Under the pieces are notes generated by a model. The model was not told the DNA's origin. It saw only the letters and a list, made by a program, of their open reading frames with translations, and made no database searches. From the NCBI GenBank assembly GCA_963737155.1, contig CAVTRN010000002.1, forward strand, positions 3,014,662 through 3,078,661: a stretch of DNA of 64,000 bases. The letters run 5' to 3'. A program made the translations under genes and the position numbers. The first letter of the stretch is position 1, and each line of letters starts with the position of its first letter. This document shows positions 41,561-53,234 of this stretch, in pieces. Source of the stretch: Nitrospirota bacterium (GTDB taxonomy: Bacteria; Nitrospirota; UBA9217).

Positions 41561-42451
41561 ATGATAAAAGCAATTTCAGCCGGCTCCCGATTCCGAGCCG
41601 CGCTCAGGGAAGAAAAGCCACTCCAAGTGGCCGGCGTGATCAATGCCTATGCAGCACGGCTGGCAGAGAGAAGCGGGTTTAAGGCATTATATATCTCGGG
41701 CGGAGGCGTTGCCGCAAGTTCACTTGGCATTCCGGATCTCGGCATCAGCACCATGGACGACGTACTAACCGACGTGCGGCGAATTACGGATAACACCAAC
41801 CTCCCGGTTCTGGTGGACATTGACACAGGCTGGGGCGGCGCGCTCAACATTGCCAGAACGATCAAATCCATGATTAAGTTCGGCGCAGCCGCAATCCATA
41901 TTGAAGACCAAGTCCAGGCTAAGCGCTGTGGCCATAGGCCGGGCAAGGCGATTGTTCCAAAGGAAGAGATGGTGGATCGAATCAAGGCAGCAGTTGACGC
42001 GAAGACCGATTCCGATTTTGTCATCATGGCTCGGACTGATGCCATCGCCATCGAAGGTATCGAAGCAGCCATTGACCGTGCAGTTGCATGTGTCGCGGCT
42101 GGCGCTGACATGATATTTCCCGAGGCTGTGAAGGATCTCGGGACGTACAATAAATTCGCGCAGGCGGTGAAGGTCCCGATCCTGGCCAATATCACAGAAT
42201 TCGGTTCAACACCGCTCTTTACCGTCGAAGAGCTTCGCAGCGCCAATGTGTCTCTTGTGCTCTATCCGCTCTCCGCGTTCCGTGCCATGAGCAAGGCTGC
42301 ACTCGCGGTCTACCGTGCGATTAGGACTGAAGGAACGCAGAAAAGTGTTATGGACCATATGCAGAGCCGCACGGAACTCTACGATTACCTCGGCTACCAT
42401 GCCTTTGAACAAAAGCTCGATGCAATCCTTTCCAAGGAGGAAAAACCATGA
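41561..42451 (+). CDS. prpB: 2-methylisocitrate lyase
   Basis: [26 protein letters not shown]. Confidence 0.97.
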   Translation: MIKAISAGSRFRAALREEKPLQVAGVINAYAARLAERSGFKALYISGGGVAASSLGIPDLGISTMDDVLTDVRRITDNTNLPVLVDIDTGWGGALNIARTIKSMIKFGAAAIHIEDQVQAKRCGHRPGKAIVPKEEMVDRIKAAVDAKTDSDFVIMARTDAIAIEGIEAAIDRAVACVAAGADMIFPEAVKDLGTYNKFAQAVKVPILANITEFGSTPLFTVEELRSANVSLVLYPLSAFRAMSKAALAVYRAIRTEGTQKSVMDHMQSRTELYDYLGYHAFEQKLDAILSKEEKP

Positions 42452-43623
42452 GTTCAAATACCGGTGTACCACTACCTGGTGATACCCCTGTTCCAAAAGT
42501 GAAGAAATCCGTCGCCCTATCCGGCGTTATCGCGGGCAATTCGTCGGTCTGTACCGTGGGACGGACCGGGAATGACCTCCACTACCGGGGGTACGATATT
42601 GTCGAGCTTGCGAAGAAATCGACGTTCGAGGAAACCGCCTATCTTCTGGTCCACGGAGAGCTTCCGACTGAGTCTCAGTTAAAGGACTACAAAAAAAAAT
42701 TGAATAAGCTGCGCGGCATTCCAACCCAGGTGAAGGCGGTCCTGGAGCAGATTCCTGCTGCCGCCCATCCCATGGATGTGATGCGGACCGCCTGCGCCTG
42801 CCTCGGAACGGTACTGCCTGAGAAGGACGACCAGAACATCCAAGGGGCGCGCGATATCATCGATCGTTTAATCTCGTCGTTTGGCTCTATGCTGCTCTAC
42901 TGGTGGCATTTCAGCCAGAACGGACGCCGAATCGACGTGGAAACGGACGATGACACTGTGGCAAGCCACTTCCTGCACCTGCTTCACGGAAAGAAACCCT
43001 CTTCACTTCATGAACGGGCCCTCGATCAGTCCCTCATCCTCTATGCTGAACATGAATTCACGGCATCAACCTTCACCGCCCGCGTGATCAGTGGGACACT
43101 GTCCGACGTTTACTCCGGCGTAACCGGCGCCATCGGTGCCTTGCGCGGCCCCAAACACGGTGGCGCAAACGAGGCAGCCCGCGAAATCCAGCGGCGGTAC
43201 CGCACTCCTGATGAAGCCGAAACCGATATCATGGCGCGGGTTGCCAGAAAGGAGATAGTCATCGGCTTCGGCCACCCTGTGTACACCGTAAGCGACCCAC
43301 GGAATGCCACGATCAAAACAATTGCAAGGGGATTGTGCGAGGAAGGAGGCAATATAAACCTTTATCATATCGCCGACCGAATCGAGGCAGTTATGAAGCG
43401 CGAGAAAAACATGTTCTCGAACCTTGACTGGTATTCCGCCGTGACCTATCACATGCTGGGGGTGTCCACGTCCCTATTCACACCTATCTTTGTGATCTCC
43501 CGCACCTCGGGCTGGGGTGCACACATCATTGAACAGCGAATGGATAACAAGATCATCCGGCCGTCAGCCAACTATACTGGGCCTGATGACCGGGTGTACG
43601 TGCCAATGAAGGAAAGGGGATAA
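42448..43623 (+). CDS. prpC: 2-methylcitrate synthase
   Basis: [39 protein letters not shown]. Confidence 0.96.
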   Translation: MSSNTGVPLPGDTPVPKVKKSVALSGVIAGNSSVCTVGRTGNDLHYRGYDIVELAKKSTFEETAYLLVHGELPTESQLKDYKKKLNKLRGIPTQVKAVLEQIPAAAHPMDVMRTACACLGTVLPEKDDQNIQGARDIIDRLISSFGSMLLYWWHFSQNGRRIDVETDDDTVASHFLHLLHGKKPSSLHERALDQSLILYAEHEFTASTFTARVISGTLSDVYSGVTGAIGALRGPKHGGANEAAREIQRRYRTPDEAETDIMARVARKEIVIGFGHPVYTVSDPRNATIKTIARGLCEEGGNINLYHIADRIEAVMKREKNMFSNLDWYSAVTYHMLGVSTSLFTPIFVISRTSGWGAHIIEQRMDNKIIRPSANYTGPDDRVYVPMKERG

Positions 43624-43645
43624 ATAGGGGCAAACTGCAAATTTT

Positions 43646-45004
43646 GGTTCTTTCGTATAAAAGTTGAAAATGCCGTAGTGTTGTAAAAAAGAGACATCGG
43701 ATTAACCAATTCTGGTAAAGTTAGGTTTCCCGACCAAACTTTTCTCAGAAAGGAAAATCCGATGCAGCTCCATACTATCACAGAACTGCTTGCAATTCCA
43801 AACTATCACGTGAGTCATATGGTCAATCATTCAGACAACCGCCTCGATTTGTTGTTGGAACAGTCCGCATTCACTCCTGCCGTCTGCTCTGGTTGCGGTC
43901 ACGTCCACAACACACCGGTACACAGCATAGGAGTGATCATCGTCGAGGACCTCCCCATAAGCGGCAAACGAGTGTTCTTGCACATCCCGAAACGCAAGTC
44001 CCTCTGCATCGAAGACGACAGCAGACGGGTCGAGGAACTTGACTGGCTCAGGGGCCGGTTCACCAAGCGATTTGCCGAACAGGTATACCGTCTTACTTCC
44101 ATCACCACCAATCAGGAAGCAGGATGGTTTCTCGGCCTCGATGACGAGGTGGTCTACCGGATCGACCGGCAGCGCCTCGAAGAACTTGCCCGGGAAAAGC
44201 TTTCGCCGGTTCCCTCGCCCACATATATGAGCGTTGACGAGGTAGCCTGGCAAAAGTGGCATCACTATGTCACCAACGTGGTGGACATCGAAAAACGCAA
44301 GGTCATCTGGAATCATGATGGCCGAGGCAAATCCGTACTCGATTCCTTCTATGATGCTCTGGGTGAGGAATCCTGCGCCGCCATCGAGGCCGTCGCCAGT
44401 GATGGTGCTCGCGGGTTTCTGTCGGCCACCCAGGAACATGCAAAAAACGCGTTGATCGTTCTTGACCACTTCCACGTCAAGAAATACTTAAACGATGCTG
44501 TAGACACAGTGCGTAAGGAGGAGCTGAACAAAGCCCGGAAGGAGAAGAATACCGATCTCGCCTCGCTCCTCCATTGCAACAAACGCTTTATCCTGATGCA
44601 GAACAAACCATCAAAGAGGAAAGAGAATCTCCTTGATAAGCTTGCTGATCTCAATGACCCCATTTATAAGGCTATGCTGCTCAAAGACCAGTTCCTGACG
44701 ATCTACACATCGCCTGACCGCACCACAGCTCAAAAAAATCTCCGCCAGTGGATTGTTTCAGCCATTACCTCGAAGATTCCGCCGTTCATCGAACTTGGGT
44801 TCAAGTTCTTTAGGAAAAGGCATTTTGTACTGAACTACTTTCTCTGCAAAATAACAACAGCGATCTCCGAGGGCATCAACAACAAAATAAAGCGTTTAAA
44901 GCGCATGGCATACGGCTATAAAGACGTAAAGTACTTTTTACTCAAGATCCACCAGCATTGCGGACTGCTTAACCCAAGGCTTTCAACTTAAACACGAATG
45001 ACGG
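43646..45004 (+). mobile_element. ISL3-family insertion sequence
   Basis: 24-bp imperfect terminal IRs (17/24 matches: 43646-69 vs 44981-45004); 8-bp direct repeat CAAATTTT at 43638-45 and 45005-12. Confidence 0.9.
43762..44991 (+). CDS. ISL3 transposase
   Basis: CSGCG zinc finger, SVDE, DHFHV, SEGINNKIK..KRMAYG. Confidence 0.95.
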   Translation: MQLHTITELLAIPNYHVSHMVNHSDNRLDLLLEQSAFTPAVCSGCGHVHNTPVHSIGVIIVEDLPISGKRVFLHIPKRKSLCIEDDSRRVEELDWLRGRFTKRFAEQVYRLTSITTNQEAGWFLGLDDEVVYRIDRQRLEELAREKLSPVPSPTYMSVDEVAWQKWHHYVTNVVDIEKRKVIWNHDGRGKSVLDSFYDALGEESCAAIEAVASDGARGFLSATQEHAKNALIVLDHFHVKKYLNDAVDTVRKEELNKARKEKNTDLASLLHCNKRFILMQNKPSKRKENLLDKLADLNDPIYKAMLLKDQFLTIYTSPDRTTAQKNLRQWIVSAITSKIPPFIELGFKFFRKRHFVLNYFLCKITTAISEGINNKIKRLKRMAYGYKDVKYFLLKIHQHCGLLNPRLST

Positions 45005-45102
45005 CAAATTTTTAAGTTCCTTGCCCCTTGCTACTCGTTGCGTCATGAAGTACGCTATTGTACACAAGCTACTTAAACGATCATCGAAAAGGAAAATCAT
45101 CC

Positions 45103-46554
45103 ATGTCTTCTCACCTCTCCAACGTCCGGCCTGCTCCGGACAAGGTCCTCGTAGACATTGCAGACTATGTTCATGATTATAATGTTACCTCAGACGAGGC
45201 CTTTGACACGGCCAGGTATTGCCTCATCGACACCATCGGCTGCGGCATAGAGGCTCTCGGCTATGCGGCCTGCACCAAGCTCCTGGGGTCGATCGTACCG
45301 GGCACCATCGTGCCGAACGGGGCAAAAGTACCGGGCACGCAGTTCGTTCTTGACCCGGTGCAAGCAGCTTTCAACATCGGAGCTATGGTGCGTTGGCTCG
45401 ATTTCAACGACACTTGGCTTGCAGCGGAATGGGGCCATCCGTCGGATAACCTAGGAGGGATACTCGCAACCGCTGACTGGCTTTCGCGTACCCATGTTGC
45501 GAACGGGAAACCCCCGCTCGTAATGAGAACTGTGCTGGAAGCCATGATCAAGGCCCACGAAATACAGGGCGTCATGTCCCTGGAAAACGCATTCAACGAA
45601 GTCGGCCTCGACCATGTTGTGCTGGTAAAAGTCGCTTCTTCCGCCGTATGCGCATGGCTCATGGAAGGAACTAAGGAAGAAATAATCAACGCTGTGTCTC
45701 AAGCCTTTGTGGACGGCCAATCTCTGCGAACCTATCGCCATGCACCGAACACAGGATCGCGAAAATCCTGGGCAGCAGGCGACGCTACAAGCCGGGCAGT
45801 TCGCCTCGCTCTCTTCACACTAAAAGGGGAAATGGGCATCCCGAGCGTGCTCACAGCAAAAGGCTGGGGCTTTTACGATTCTCTCTTCAATGGCAAAGAA
45901 TTCAAATTCCAGCGACCCTATGAATCGTATGTGATGGAGCATGTGTTGTTCAAGATCTCTTTCCCTGCTGAGTTCCACTCCCAGACTGCGGTCGAGTGCG
46001 CCATGACGCTGCATCAAAAATTGAAGCATATGGGCAAGACGATCGATGATATAAAAAAGATCACCATCCGAACCCAAGAAGCAGCCATCCGCATCATCGA
46101 TAAAAAAGGGCCCTTGAACAATCCCGCTGACCGCGATCACTGCATCCAGTACATAGTAGCCGTGCCGCTCATCTTTGGACGGCTCACGGCATCTGATTAC
46201 GAGGACAGTATCGCAGCTGATCCGCGCATCGACAAGTTGCGCGACAAGATTACCTGCGTTGAGGATCCGCAGTTCACGAAGAATTACCACGATCCTGAGA
46301 AACGATCCATTGCCAACAGTCTAACCGTGGAATTGAACGGGGGCATGAAGTTGCCGGAGGTCACGGTCGAGTACCCCATCGGTCATCGCCGCCGTCGTAG
46401 TGAAGGCATGCCTTTGCTGGTCGAAAAATTCAAAACCAATCTTGCGCGCCACTTCCCGTTGAAGCAGCAGAAGGCAATACTCGATGTCAGTCTCGACCAG
46501 CGAACGCTGGAAACCTTGCCAGTGAATGAGTATGTTGATTTGTTCGTAATCTGA
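45103..46554 (+). CDS. prpD: 2-methylcitrate dehydratase
   Basis: [42 protein letters not shown]. Confidence 0.97.
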   Translation: MSSHLSNVRPAPDKVLVDIADYVHDYNVTSDEAFDTARYCLIDTIGCGIEALGYAACTKLLGSIVPGTIVPNGAKVPGTQFVLDPVQAAFNIGAMVRWLDFNDTWLAAEWGHPSDNLGGILATADWLSRTHVANGKPPLVMRTVLEAMIKAHEIQGVMSLENAFNEVGLDHVVLVKVASSAVCAWLMEGTKEEIINAVSQAFVDGQSLRTYRHAPNTGSRKSWAAGDATSRAVRLALFTLKGEMGIPSVLTAKGWGFYDSLFNGKEFKFQRPYESYVMEHVLFKISFPAEFHSQTAVECAMTLHQKLKHMGKTIDDIKKITIRTQEAAIRIIDKKGPLNNPADRDHCIQYIVAVPLIFGRLTASDYEDSIAADPRIDKLRDKITCVEDPQFTKNYHDPEKRSIANSLTVELNGGMKLPEVTVEYPIGHRRRRSEGMPLLVEKFKTNLARHFPLKQQKAILDVSLDQRTLETLPVNEYVDLFVI

Positions 46555-46849
46555 CAGTCCAATGGCATTTACCGCGGCGCGAAGAACTCAAAAAAATATT
46601 TTTTATGGCCGAAAAAATGTCGCATTTCCTTTCCTCGTCTTTATCAAGAACTGAATGAGTGGCGGCGGTTTTTCTGCTTTATTTTGATAAAAGTCATAAA
46701 AATCAGCATGTTGTTTATATAAAGCAAAACAATTCTTGACATTGTTTATAAAATGTGCAATTATAGTTATAATTATAAAAAAATCAATCATGCTACAAAG
46801 CATATGTCTTTGTGGCTTTTTTGTTTAATTTCAATAAGTTAGGGGAAAA

Positions 46850-47245
46850 ATGCCCACCAACCAAAGTTATAAGGAAAAACTGGAAACCAAAAAAAATGCC
46901 ATTCTTGCTTCCGGCCGGGTTTCCGAACGCCTACCTGATGTATCAAGCATTGTATTCCGTATGATCTATTATCAGAGAACCGCCGGACCGGTACTGATGA
47001 CACGCACGGTCAATTTCGTTCCCACCGATTATGCCTGCTTTCACATGGATTGTACAAGAGAAGAGTGCACTAACGGTGGCTTTGATCTCGCCCCTATAGT
47101 AGCCAGCCTAGTAAAGAACCGCAAGAAGTCGGTTAAAGGGAACCTTTCGTGCCGGGGAAAAAGCGAATCCCTCCGCCTCGGCCATGCGAGCATCACCTAT
47201 GAAGTGAGTATAGAGTACAATAAACGGAACAAATCCTCTAGGTAA
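46850..47245 (+). CDS. hypothetical Cys-containing basic protein
   Basis: 131-aa ORF with an AGGGG SD and AT-rich upstream region; CFHMDCTREECTNGGFDL motif. Confidence 0.7.
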   Translation: MPTNQSYKEKLETKKNAILASGRVSERLPDVSSIVFRMIYYQRTAGPVLMTRTVNFVPTDYACFHMDCTREECTNGGFDLAPIVASLVKNRKKSVKGNLSCRGKSESLRLGHASITYEVSIEYNKRNKSSR

Positions 47246-47338
47246 TTATATAGTTAGCCCATCGACAGTTTCTCATCGTACCGCGCCTTTCGATTGTCAG
47301 GACATCTCACCGGGACTCGTCACAAATAAAGGATGTTT

Positions 47339-49396
47339 TTAATTCCTCTCGCTGTGACCATTCTCCATCCCGTTACTTTTCGCTTTTTCAATCACAAACA
47401 ATAACTGGCCTTCCTGCACTGTATCGTTGAGCTTGATACAGACCTCGACAATTTGTCCGTTCATAGGCGCGAGGATCGCGTTCTCCATCTTCATAGCCTC
47501 AAGGTTCGCGATTTCTTCTCCTTTGTGTACGATGTCCCCGACCTTGAGAACACCTCTCGCGGGATTTCCCGTGCGCCAGATATTACCGTTGATCGGAGCA
47601 CCAATGTCGGTCGGTTCCTTGGCCAGCCTGATCTCGGTTTTCTTGGCTCTCGGAGTCATTACGGTGTAGACCCTCGTTTTGTTGTTCACACGCATCACAA
47701 CATGAACGACACCTTCATGCTCCGCGCCAATCGATACCAGCTGGATAGAATATGGTTTACCCCAGAGCTCAAAATCCACCTTATCACCAGGTTTGGTCAA
47801 CCCCTTTTTCCAGACATTCGTGGGAAGCACAAGCGGCGCTTCGCCGAAGGCCCCCCGAAACTCGATGAATTCCAGTGCGTCCTTCGGGTGCATCAGATAA
47901 AGAATGAATTCCTCTTCCGTCGCCGTGCGCCCCAACCTGTTCTGGAGTTCACCGCGCAGTTTTTCGATATCATCATCGGGCACTGAATCGAGCGGCGACA
48001 GCTCTTTTCGCTCCGCTATTTTCTCTTTACCATCGTCGCCGAAGGTGCTGAAGTAAACCCATTCCGCAGGCCAGCCCACAGGGAGTTTCCCATAGTTACC
48101 AAGCAGCAGGTTTTTGAAATCACCGGGTGCATTGCGGAACAGCGCCAGCAATTCTGCCTGCTCCTCCGGGGTCATCGCCGTGAAGTCCTGCGATTTTTTC
48201 TCCACAAACTTCGTCAGGAGATCGATAGCGTGCGCTACCCCGGCATCTCCGCGCTCTTTCGCGTACCGGTTCACAATGCCGCTGCAGGTGACCCAGGTGA
48301 TTTGCGAGCCGGGCGTTACATCGAAATATCTTACGATCCTGTTATAGAGAGACATGACTTTCAGGATTGCTGGCATAAGATGAAGGAACTCACCTTTATC
48401 GGCCTGTTCAAAGGAACTGGGGAATGCACCACCCGGCATGCGGTGCAATGTCACCGTGTGATCTAGGCCCTTGAACGGCGACTCCGCCCAGTCATAATGG
48501 CCTATCCACTCCCTGACCTTTCTCACTGCGGCTTCCGCTTCCGTCCTGTTAAGATGAACGGGGATGCCTGACTCCTCAAAAATCGCCTGCACGGCGAGAA
48601 TGGGTGAATGCCCGTAGAATCGGACGAGTGAGTCTTCCTCCACGTCGAAGATCGTCGCACCGGCTTTCGCGGCCGCCAGAAATGCGGGGATCGCAAGCCC
48701 ATCGGTGATATGGCGGTGATAGTTGATAACCAGCTCCGGATAGTCCTGCTTGACGGCACTGATAAGATTGCCGATGCGGCTCACGTCGCCGACTCCCGCC
48801 ATGTCCTTGATACACAGCACGATCTCGTCAATGCCTCCACTAAGGGCCACTATCTCGCGGACCACACCGAGGTAATATGCATTCGTGGCCCAGTCAGCCA
48901 CGGTAAACGATATGGTCGGCTCGAACAGCCTTCCCCGCTTCATGACCACTTCTGCGACTGTGCGCATGTTTCGCACATCGTTAAGGAAAGAAAAGCACCT
49001 CCACACGTCGATGTCCACCTGGGATACGGCCTGCTCAATCACGTTCCTAGGATAAGGCCGATAGCCCCAGAGGTTCGTTTCGCGGATGAGAGTCTGCTGC
49101 AGTACATTCGGCATAAGTTTTCTGAGGATGGCGCCCTCTTCGAAGGGGCTTTCCCGCCGGTTCATGATTCCTACGTGCCAGCGCGCGCCGCCGTGCGTCT
49201 CTGCGCTGAACAGCCCCATGGCATTGTAATAGGGAGCAAGAGTCTTCAGATCGTAGATCCGGTGGCGATTCTTGAAGTCGGACTGTCCCGCATCCCGCAT
49301 CCCTACCGAGGTGAGGCAAACACCTTTCAGTGAGCGTACGGCGCTCACAATCTCTTTCGGCGACATGCCGGGCTTGACGAATATCGTGTCTATCAT
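47339..49396 (-). CDS. pyruvate/2-oxoacid carboxylase subunit B (carboxyltransferase + biotin carrier)
   Basis: RDAGQS, IKDMAG, HRH, MPGG, VTP and the C-terminal EAMKM biotinylation motif. Confidence 0.87.
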   Translation of the reverse strand: MIDTIFVKPGMSPKEIVSAVRSLKGVCLTSVGMRDAGQSDFKNRHRIYDLKTLAPYYNAMGLFSAETHGGARWHVGIMNRRESPFEEGAILRKLMPNVLQQTLIRETNLWGYRPYPRNVIEQAVSQVDIDVWRCFSFLNDVRNMRTVAEVVMKRGRLFEPTISFTVADWATNAYYLGVVREIVALSGGIDEIVLCIKDMAGVGDVSRIGNLISAVKQDYPELVINYHRHITDGLAIPAFLAAAKAGATIFDVEEDSLVRFYGHSPILAVQAIFEESGIPVHLNRTEAEAAVRKVREWIGHYDWAESPFKGLDHTVTLHRMPGGAFPSSFEQADKGEFLHLMPAILKVMSLYNRIVRYFDVTPGSQITWVTCSGIVNRYAKERGDAGVAHAIDLLTKFVEKKSQDFTAMTPEEQAELLALFRNAPGDFKNLLLGNYGKLPVGWPAEWVYFSTFGDDGKEKIAERKELSPLDSVPDDDIEKLRGELQNRLGRTATEEEFILYLMHPKDALEFIEFRGAFGEAPLVLPTNVWKKGLTKPGDKVDFELWGKPYSIQLVSIGAEHEGVVHVVMRVNNKTRVYTVMTPRAKKTEIRLAKEPTDIGAPINGNIWRTGNPARGVLKVGDIVHKGEEIANLEAMKMENAILAPMNGQIVEVCIKLNDTVQEGQLLFVIEKAKSNGMENGHSERN

Positions 49397-49544
49397 AATT
49401 CTCCCAATTTCACCAATCAGACAAAACTTCTGAAACCGCCAAGGCGCAAAGAGCATGAAATATTATCAAATTTCTCAACAGTGCAGGAGAAGGCTTTCTT
49501 TCAACCTTGGCATCTTCGCGGAAAATCTTCCTGCTCGTTTCTTT

Positions 49545-51002
49545 CTACATCCACTTCTGCGGCCCTAGTGCCGAGATTTCCGCCACGTATCGGGCAATCT
49601 TGAGCACCTCGTCCTCGCTGTCCTTTTCCAGAAACATGGATATCAGTTCACTCATGTGCTCTTCGATGAATCTCGTCGAAAATTCCCCGGCAATAAACGC
49701 AGGATGACGAATGATGCTGAGCAGGAGCGGGGCCAGCGTTTTCACTCCCTCCACCCGCAGGTTTCTGCTGATCGAGCGATCCATGGCCCTCACCGCGTCC
49801 TCGCGGTCGGCACCCGCGGTCATTAGCAGCATGAATAGGGAGTCATAATAGGGGGGAATGTCGCCGCCTTCGTAAATGCCCGATGCAACCCGGACACCCG
49901 GACCCATCGGCACTTGAAGTCTCGTCACCTTTCCGAAAGAAGGGCTGAAGGTCTTCGGGTCTTCGGCATTCATGCGGACTTCTAGCGCCCACCGGTTCGG
50001 TCGTATATCGGACTGTTTGAAGGGAAGCCTCCTGCCCGTCACCACATCGAGCATGATGCCGACGATGTCCAAGCCCGTGATCAGTTCCGTGATGCCGTGC
50101 TCCACCTGCAGCCGCGTGTTCACTTCCAGAAAATAGAACTTGCGCGTCAGTGAGTCAAAAATGAACTCCACGGTGCCCGCCGTAGTATAACCGATTTCGC
50201 GCATTAGGCGTGTGGCAGTGAAACAGATCTCCTGTCGCAAGCCATCGTCCAATGTTGGTGAAGGAGCTTCTTCAATGATCTTCTGATTCCGGCGCTGGAT
50301 GGTGCATTCCCGTTCATAAAGGTGAATGACATTTCCCTGCTCATCGGCAACAATCTGAACCTCGATGTGTCTGCCCCGTTCGATATATTTCTCAACCAGT
50401 ATCGTATCATCGCCGAAAGACTTTTTGGCCTCGGACCGGGCCTGAGCCAGGCCGTGCGCCATCTGGTCATCGTTCTCCACCTTCACCATGCCCTTGCCGC
50501 CACCCCCCGCAGCGGCCTTGATCATGATCGGAAAAGCTACTTTTTCGTCGTGCATCCACTTCCTGATCTGCCCGATATCCATAACATTGCTGATACCTGG
50601 TATGGTGGGAACATTGGATTTCTGAGCAAGTACTTTAGCCTGGATCTTGTCCCCCATCATCCGGATGACTTTCGGAGATGGTCCGACCCAGATCAGGCCC
50701 GCATCGATAACTTTCTGGGCGAAGACGTCATTCTCCGCCAGGAAGCCCCATCCCGGATGGATTGCGTTGGACCCGCTTTGGATTGCTGCATCGATCATTT
50801 TATCCATGTTGAGGTAGGACTCGATTGGCGGCGCCTCACCGATATGCACGGCCGTATCCGCCATGAACACATGGTGTGCAAGGCGGTCAGGAGTGCTGTA
50901 GACGGCAGTTGTCGGTATCTTTCGGTCCCTGCAGGTGTGCATTATCCGTACGGCCGGAACGCCGCGGTTTGCGATCAATAACTTCTGAATTATCGTGCTC
51001 AT
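49545..51002 (-). CDS. biotin carboxylase subunit A
   Basis: LIANRG, HPGWGFLAEN, GGGGKGM, RECTIQRRNQK, EVNTRLQVEH. Confidence 0.94.
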   Translation of the reverse strand: MSTIIQKLLIANRGVPAVRIMHTCRDRKIPTTAVYSTPDRLAHHVFMADTAVHIGEAPPIESYLNMDKMIDAAIQSGSNAIHPGWGFLAENDVFAQKVIDAGLIWVGPSPKVIRMMGDKIQAKVLAQKSNVPTIPGISNVMDIGQIRKWMHDEKVAFPIMIKAAAGGGGKGMVKVENDDQMAHGLAQARSEAKKSFGDDTILVEKYIERGRHIEVQIVADEQGNVIHLYERECTIQRRNQKIIEEAPSPTLDDGLRQEICFTATRLMREIGYTTAGTVEFIFDSLTRKFYFLEVNTRLQVEHGITELITGLDIVGIMLDVVTGRRLPFKQSDIRPNRWALEVRMNAEDPKTFSPSFGKVTRLQVPMGPGVRVASGIYEGGDIPPYYDSLFMLLMTAGADREDAVRAMDRSISRNLRVEGVKTLAPLLLSIIRHPAFIAGEFSTRFIEEHMSELISMFLEKDSEDEVLKIARYVAEISALGPQKWM

Positions 51003-51342
51003 GGAAAACACCTTTCCCGAGGCGACTTTTCCGCCACTTCGAAAAGAACGAATTATAACACAACTGAACCCCAATGAACGCTATGGACTACGTTGGAACA
51101 AACAACGGTTTTGTTGAGTAAAAAAGGAAGACATCAACATCTTCATCGACAATTCACTCTGCCCGGATATATGAATCTGATAGTAAGAAAAAGACTGCTC
51201 CGCTTCATCGAATATTCCTATTGCCGGCCATCGGTCGAATAAGAAGAAAGTCCTCGGAGTAAGCCGCTGTGCCCTTCGCCGCATCTGCTTTCGAAATCTG
51301 TGGCACTTTCGTGCAGAACTTCGCATAAAAACGAGGGATGCC

Positions 51343-52950
51343 TCACCGGTCTGGCTTCTGCTTGTCGTCATGACGTAGCGATTGCCTGGTCGCGATCACA
51401 ATCTGATCACGCAGTATCTTGAGGTAGCTCAGGTAGCTTCGTGAAATGTTCAAGTACCCCTTGCTGCCGCCCTCGATACTGATAAGACCGATGTTCTTTT
51501 TTTGAATAGATACCGGGAAGAGAATTATATAACCGTCAGCAGGAGCGTTTTTCCGATACCAAGATGGTATGAATTTTTTGATATCTGGCGAAGCCGTGTT
51601 TTTCACAACAAGTTCCGTATCCCTGGACACGGCCATATTAAATATATCGCTGTCTTCACTCAAATGGATGATAAACCACTTTTTCGTATCGTTGACAGTG
51701 CTGCCGAAGCCGAACCGGATCTCCATCTGCGGGCTTTTGAGGTTCTTTACGAAAAACAACACCCGCAATACGTGGGACGTCTGCAGGCTCCGATAGATGG
51801 TTTCTATCGCTATATGGATGATGTCATTCAGAGCATAGGACCCCAGCATGGAGTTGTTGATGTCCTGGATCCCCTTTGAAAAAACGGCCTCCGGGCTTTC
51901 TTCCTCTCCTCCGAAGAGCGTATCGAGGGTTTTGAGGGAATCGGTCCGAAAGGAGAGGACTTCCGCATCAGAAGCGGATGCCGCCCCTGTTTCCGACCAG
52001 GTTTCCAACTGTTCGGCAAACAACGATTGCTTGAGATTGAGATCCATTGATGTTGCGAGATCATTGAAATCCTTTATGGAGAACTTGATCAGGCCCTCGA
52101 TGTGACGAGGCTGGGTCGGAATGCTGTCACGGTATGCCGTCAAGAGGCCGGAGATCTTTCGCTCCTTTTCCTTCTTGTCTGCATTGTTCGCAAGGATATT
52201 TGACATTTCCGTTGATACTGTCGCCACGAGGCTGAGTTTCGTGCTTTCCTGCAGGCCGGTAGGGACATCGGGGGCGGCCGCATGACGCATGCTTTGGACT
52301 ATCGTTTGCGGATAATTCCATTCCGTGGCGATGGTGGTCCCTATTTGTTCGTAGGAGATGCCGAGCACGGAGGCCGACGCCTGTTCTTCCGTAATCGCCC
52401 GTTCGGCGCTCACCTTCCTGATTTCGGTTATTTTTTCCGGCATTGTGTGAGCAATGATAATTTTCCCGAGAGGGTGGAGCAGAGCGCAAATAAAGGCTTC
52501 TTCCTCCTCAACAAAATTTAAGTCCTTGATGATCCGTCTGGCAATAACTCCTCCGCAGAAAGCCTGAATCACGGCGTCCATCATTTCGGTCTGGGAGGTT
52601 TGTTTTTGCAGGCTGTCAAACAGCATGAGGGTCAGCGCGATGCTCTTGATGTGATCGATGCCCATAAGGAAGATTGCTCGCGATATGGTTGTGACCTGGC
52701 CAGACTGCATGAAATGAGCGCTGTTCACGACCTTCAGAATTTTCGTCGTCAACGCATAATCCTTCAAGAGGATATTGGCGAGTTCTGAAACCGAAGTGTC
52801 TTCCGAGGCTTTAAACTGTTTGATGACGCTGACCGTTTCGGCCATGGCGGGAAGATCGCTGGCTTGGCGTACCCTGAGCAGTATCTTTTCTCTCCGACTA
52901 TTATCCGAATAATCTGTCACAACAATTCCCGCCTGCCGAGAAGATTGCAA
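51343..52950 (-). CDS. HDOD domain protein with GAF-like C-terminus (true start may be GTG 52920)
   Basis: LPAM, ILKDYALTTKILKVVNS, ISRAI, LLHPLGK, WNYP. Confidence 0.85.
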   Translation of the reverse strand: MQSSRQAGIVVTDYSDNSRREKILLRVRQASDLPAMAETVSVIKQFKASEDTSVSELANILLKDYALTTKILKVVNSAHFMQSGQVTTISRAIFLMGIDHIKSIALTLMLFDSLQKQTSQTEMMDAVIQAFCGGVIARRIIKDLNFVEEEEAFICALLHPLGKIIIAHTMPEKITEIRKVSAERAITEEQASASVLGISYEQIGTTIATEWNYPQTIVQSMRHAAAPDVPTGLQESTKLSLVATVSTEMSNILANNADKKEKERKISGLLTAYRDSIPTQPRHIEGLIKFSIKDFNDLATSMDLNLKQSLFAEQLETWSETGAASASDAEVLSFRTDSLKTLDTLFGGEEESPEAVFSKGIQDINNSMLGSYALNDIIHIAIETIYRSLQTSHVLRVLFFVKNLKSPQMEIRFGFGSTVNDTKKWFIIHLSEDSDIFNMAVSRDTELVVKNTASPDIKKFIPSWYRKNAPADGYIILFPVSIQKKNIGLISIEGGSKGYLNISRSYLSYLKILRDQIVIATRQSLRHDDKQKPDR

Positions 52951-53234
52951 TCCTGAGTCATGATATCATAAAGCCGCACAGCCCGCAACCAGGATGAGGG
53001 ATCGGACGCCACCGTTTCCGGGGAGTTGGTGCCATTTCCGTCGATCAACCTTGCTGCGGCACAGAAGAACACAATCGCCGATAAGGTCAGCAATAATACT
53101 TTAATTGGCTTGACTTCACTCCTCTCTCTCGTTTTAATTAATGATATAGGGATAATTAATTGTTATCGCCCTCGGGAGCCGTTTATAGTCACCTAAGTCA
53201 CGGAGTCGCCGGATCGCCGATGAGGAGAAGTGGG

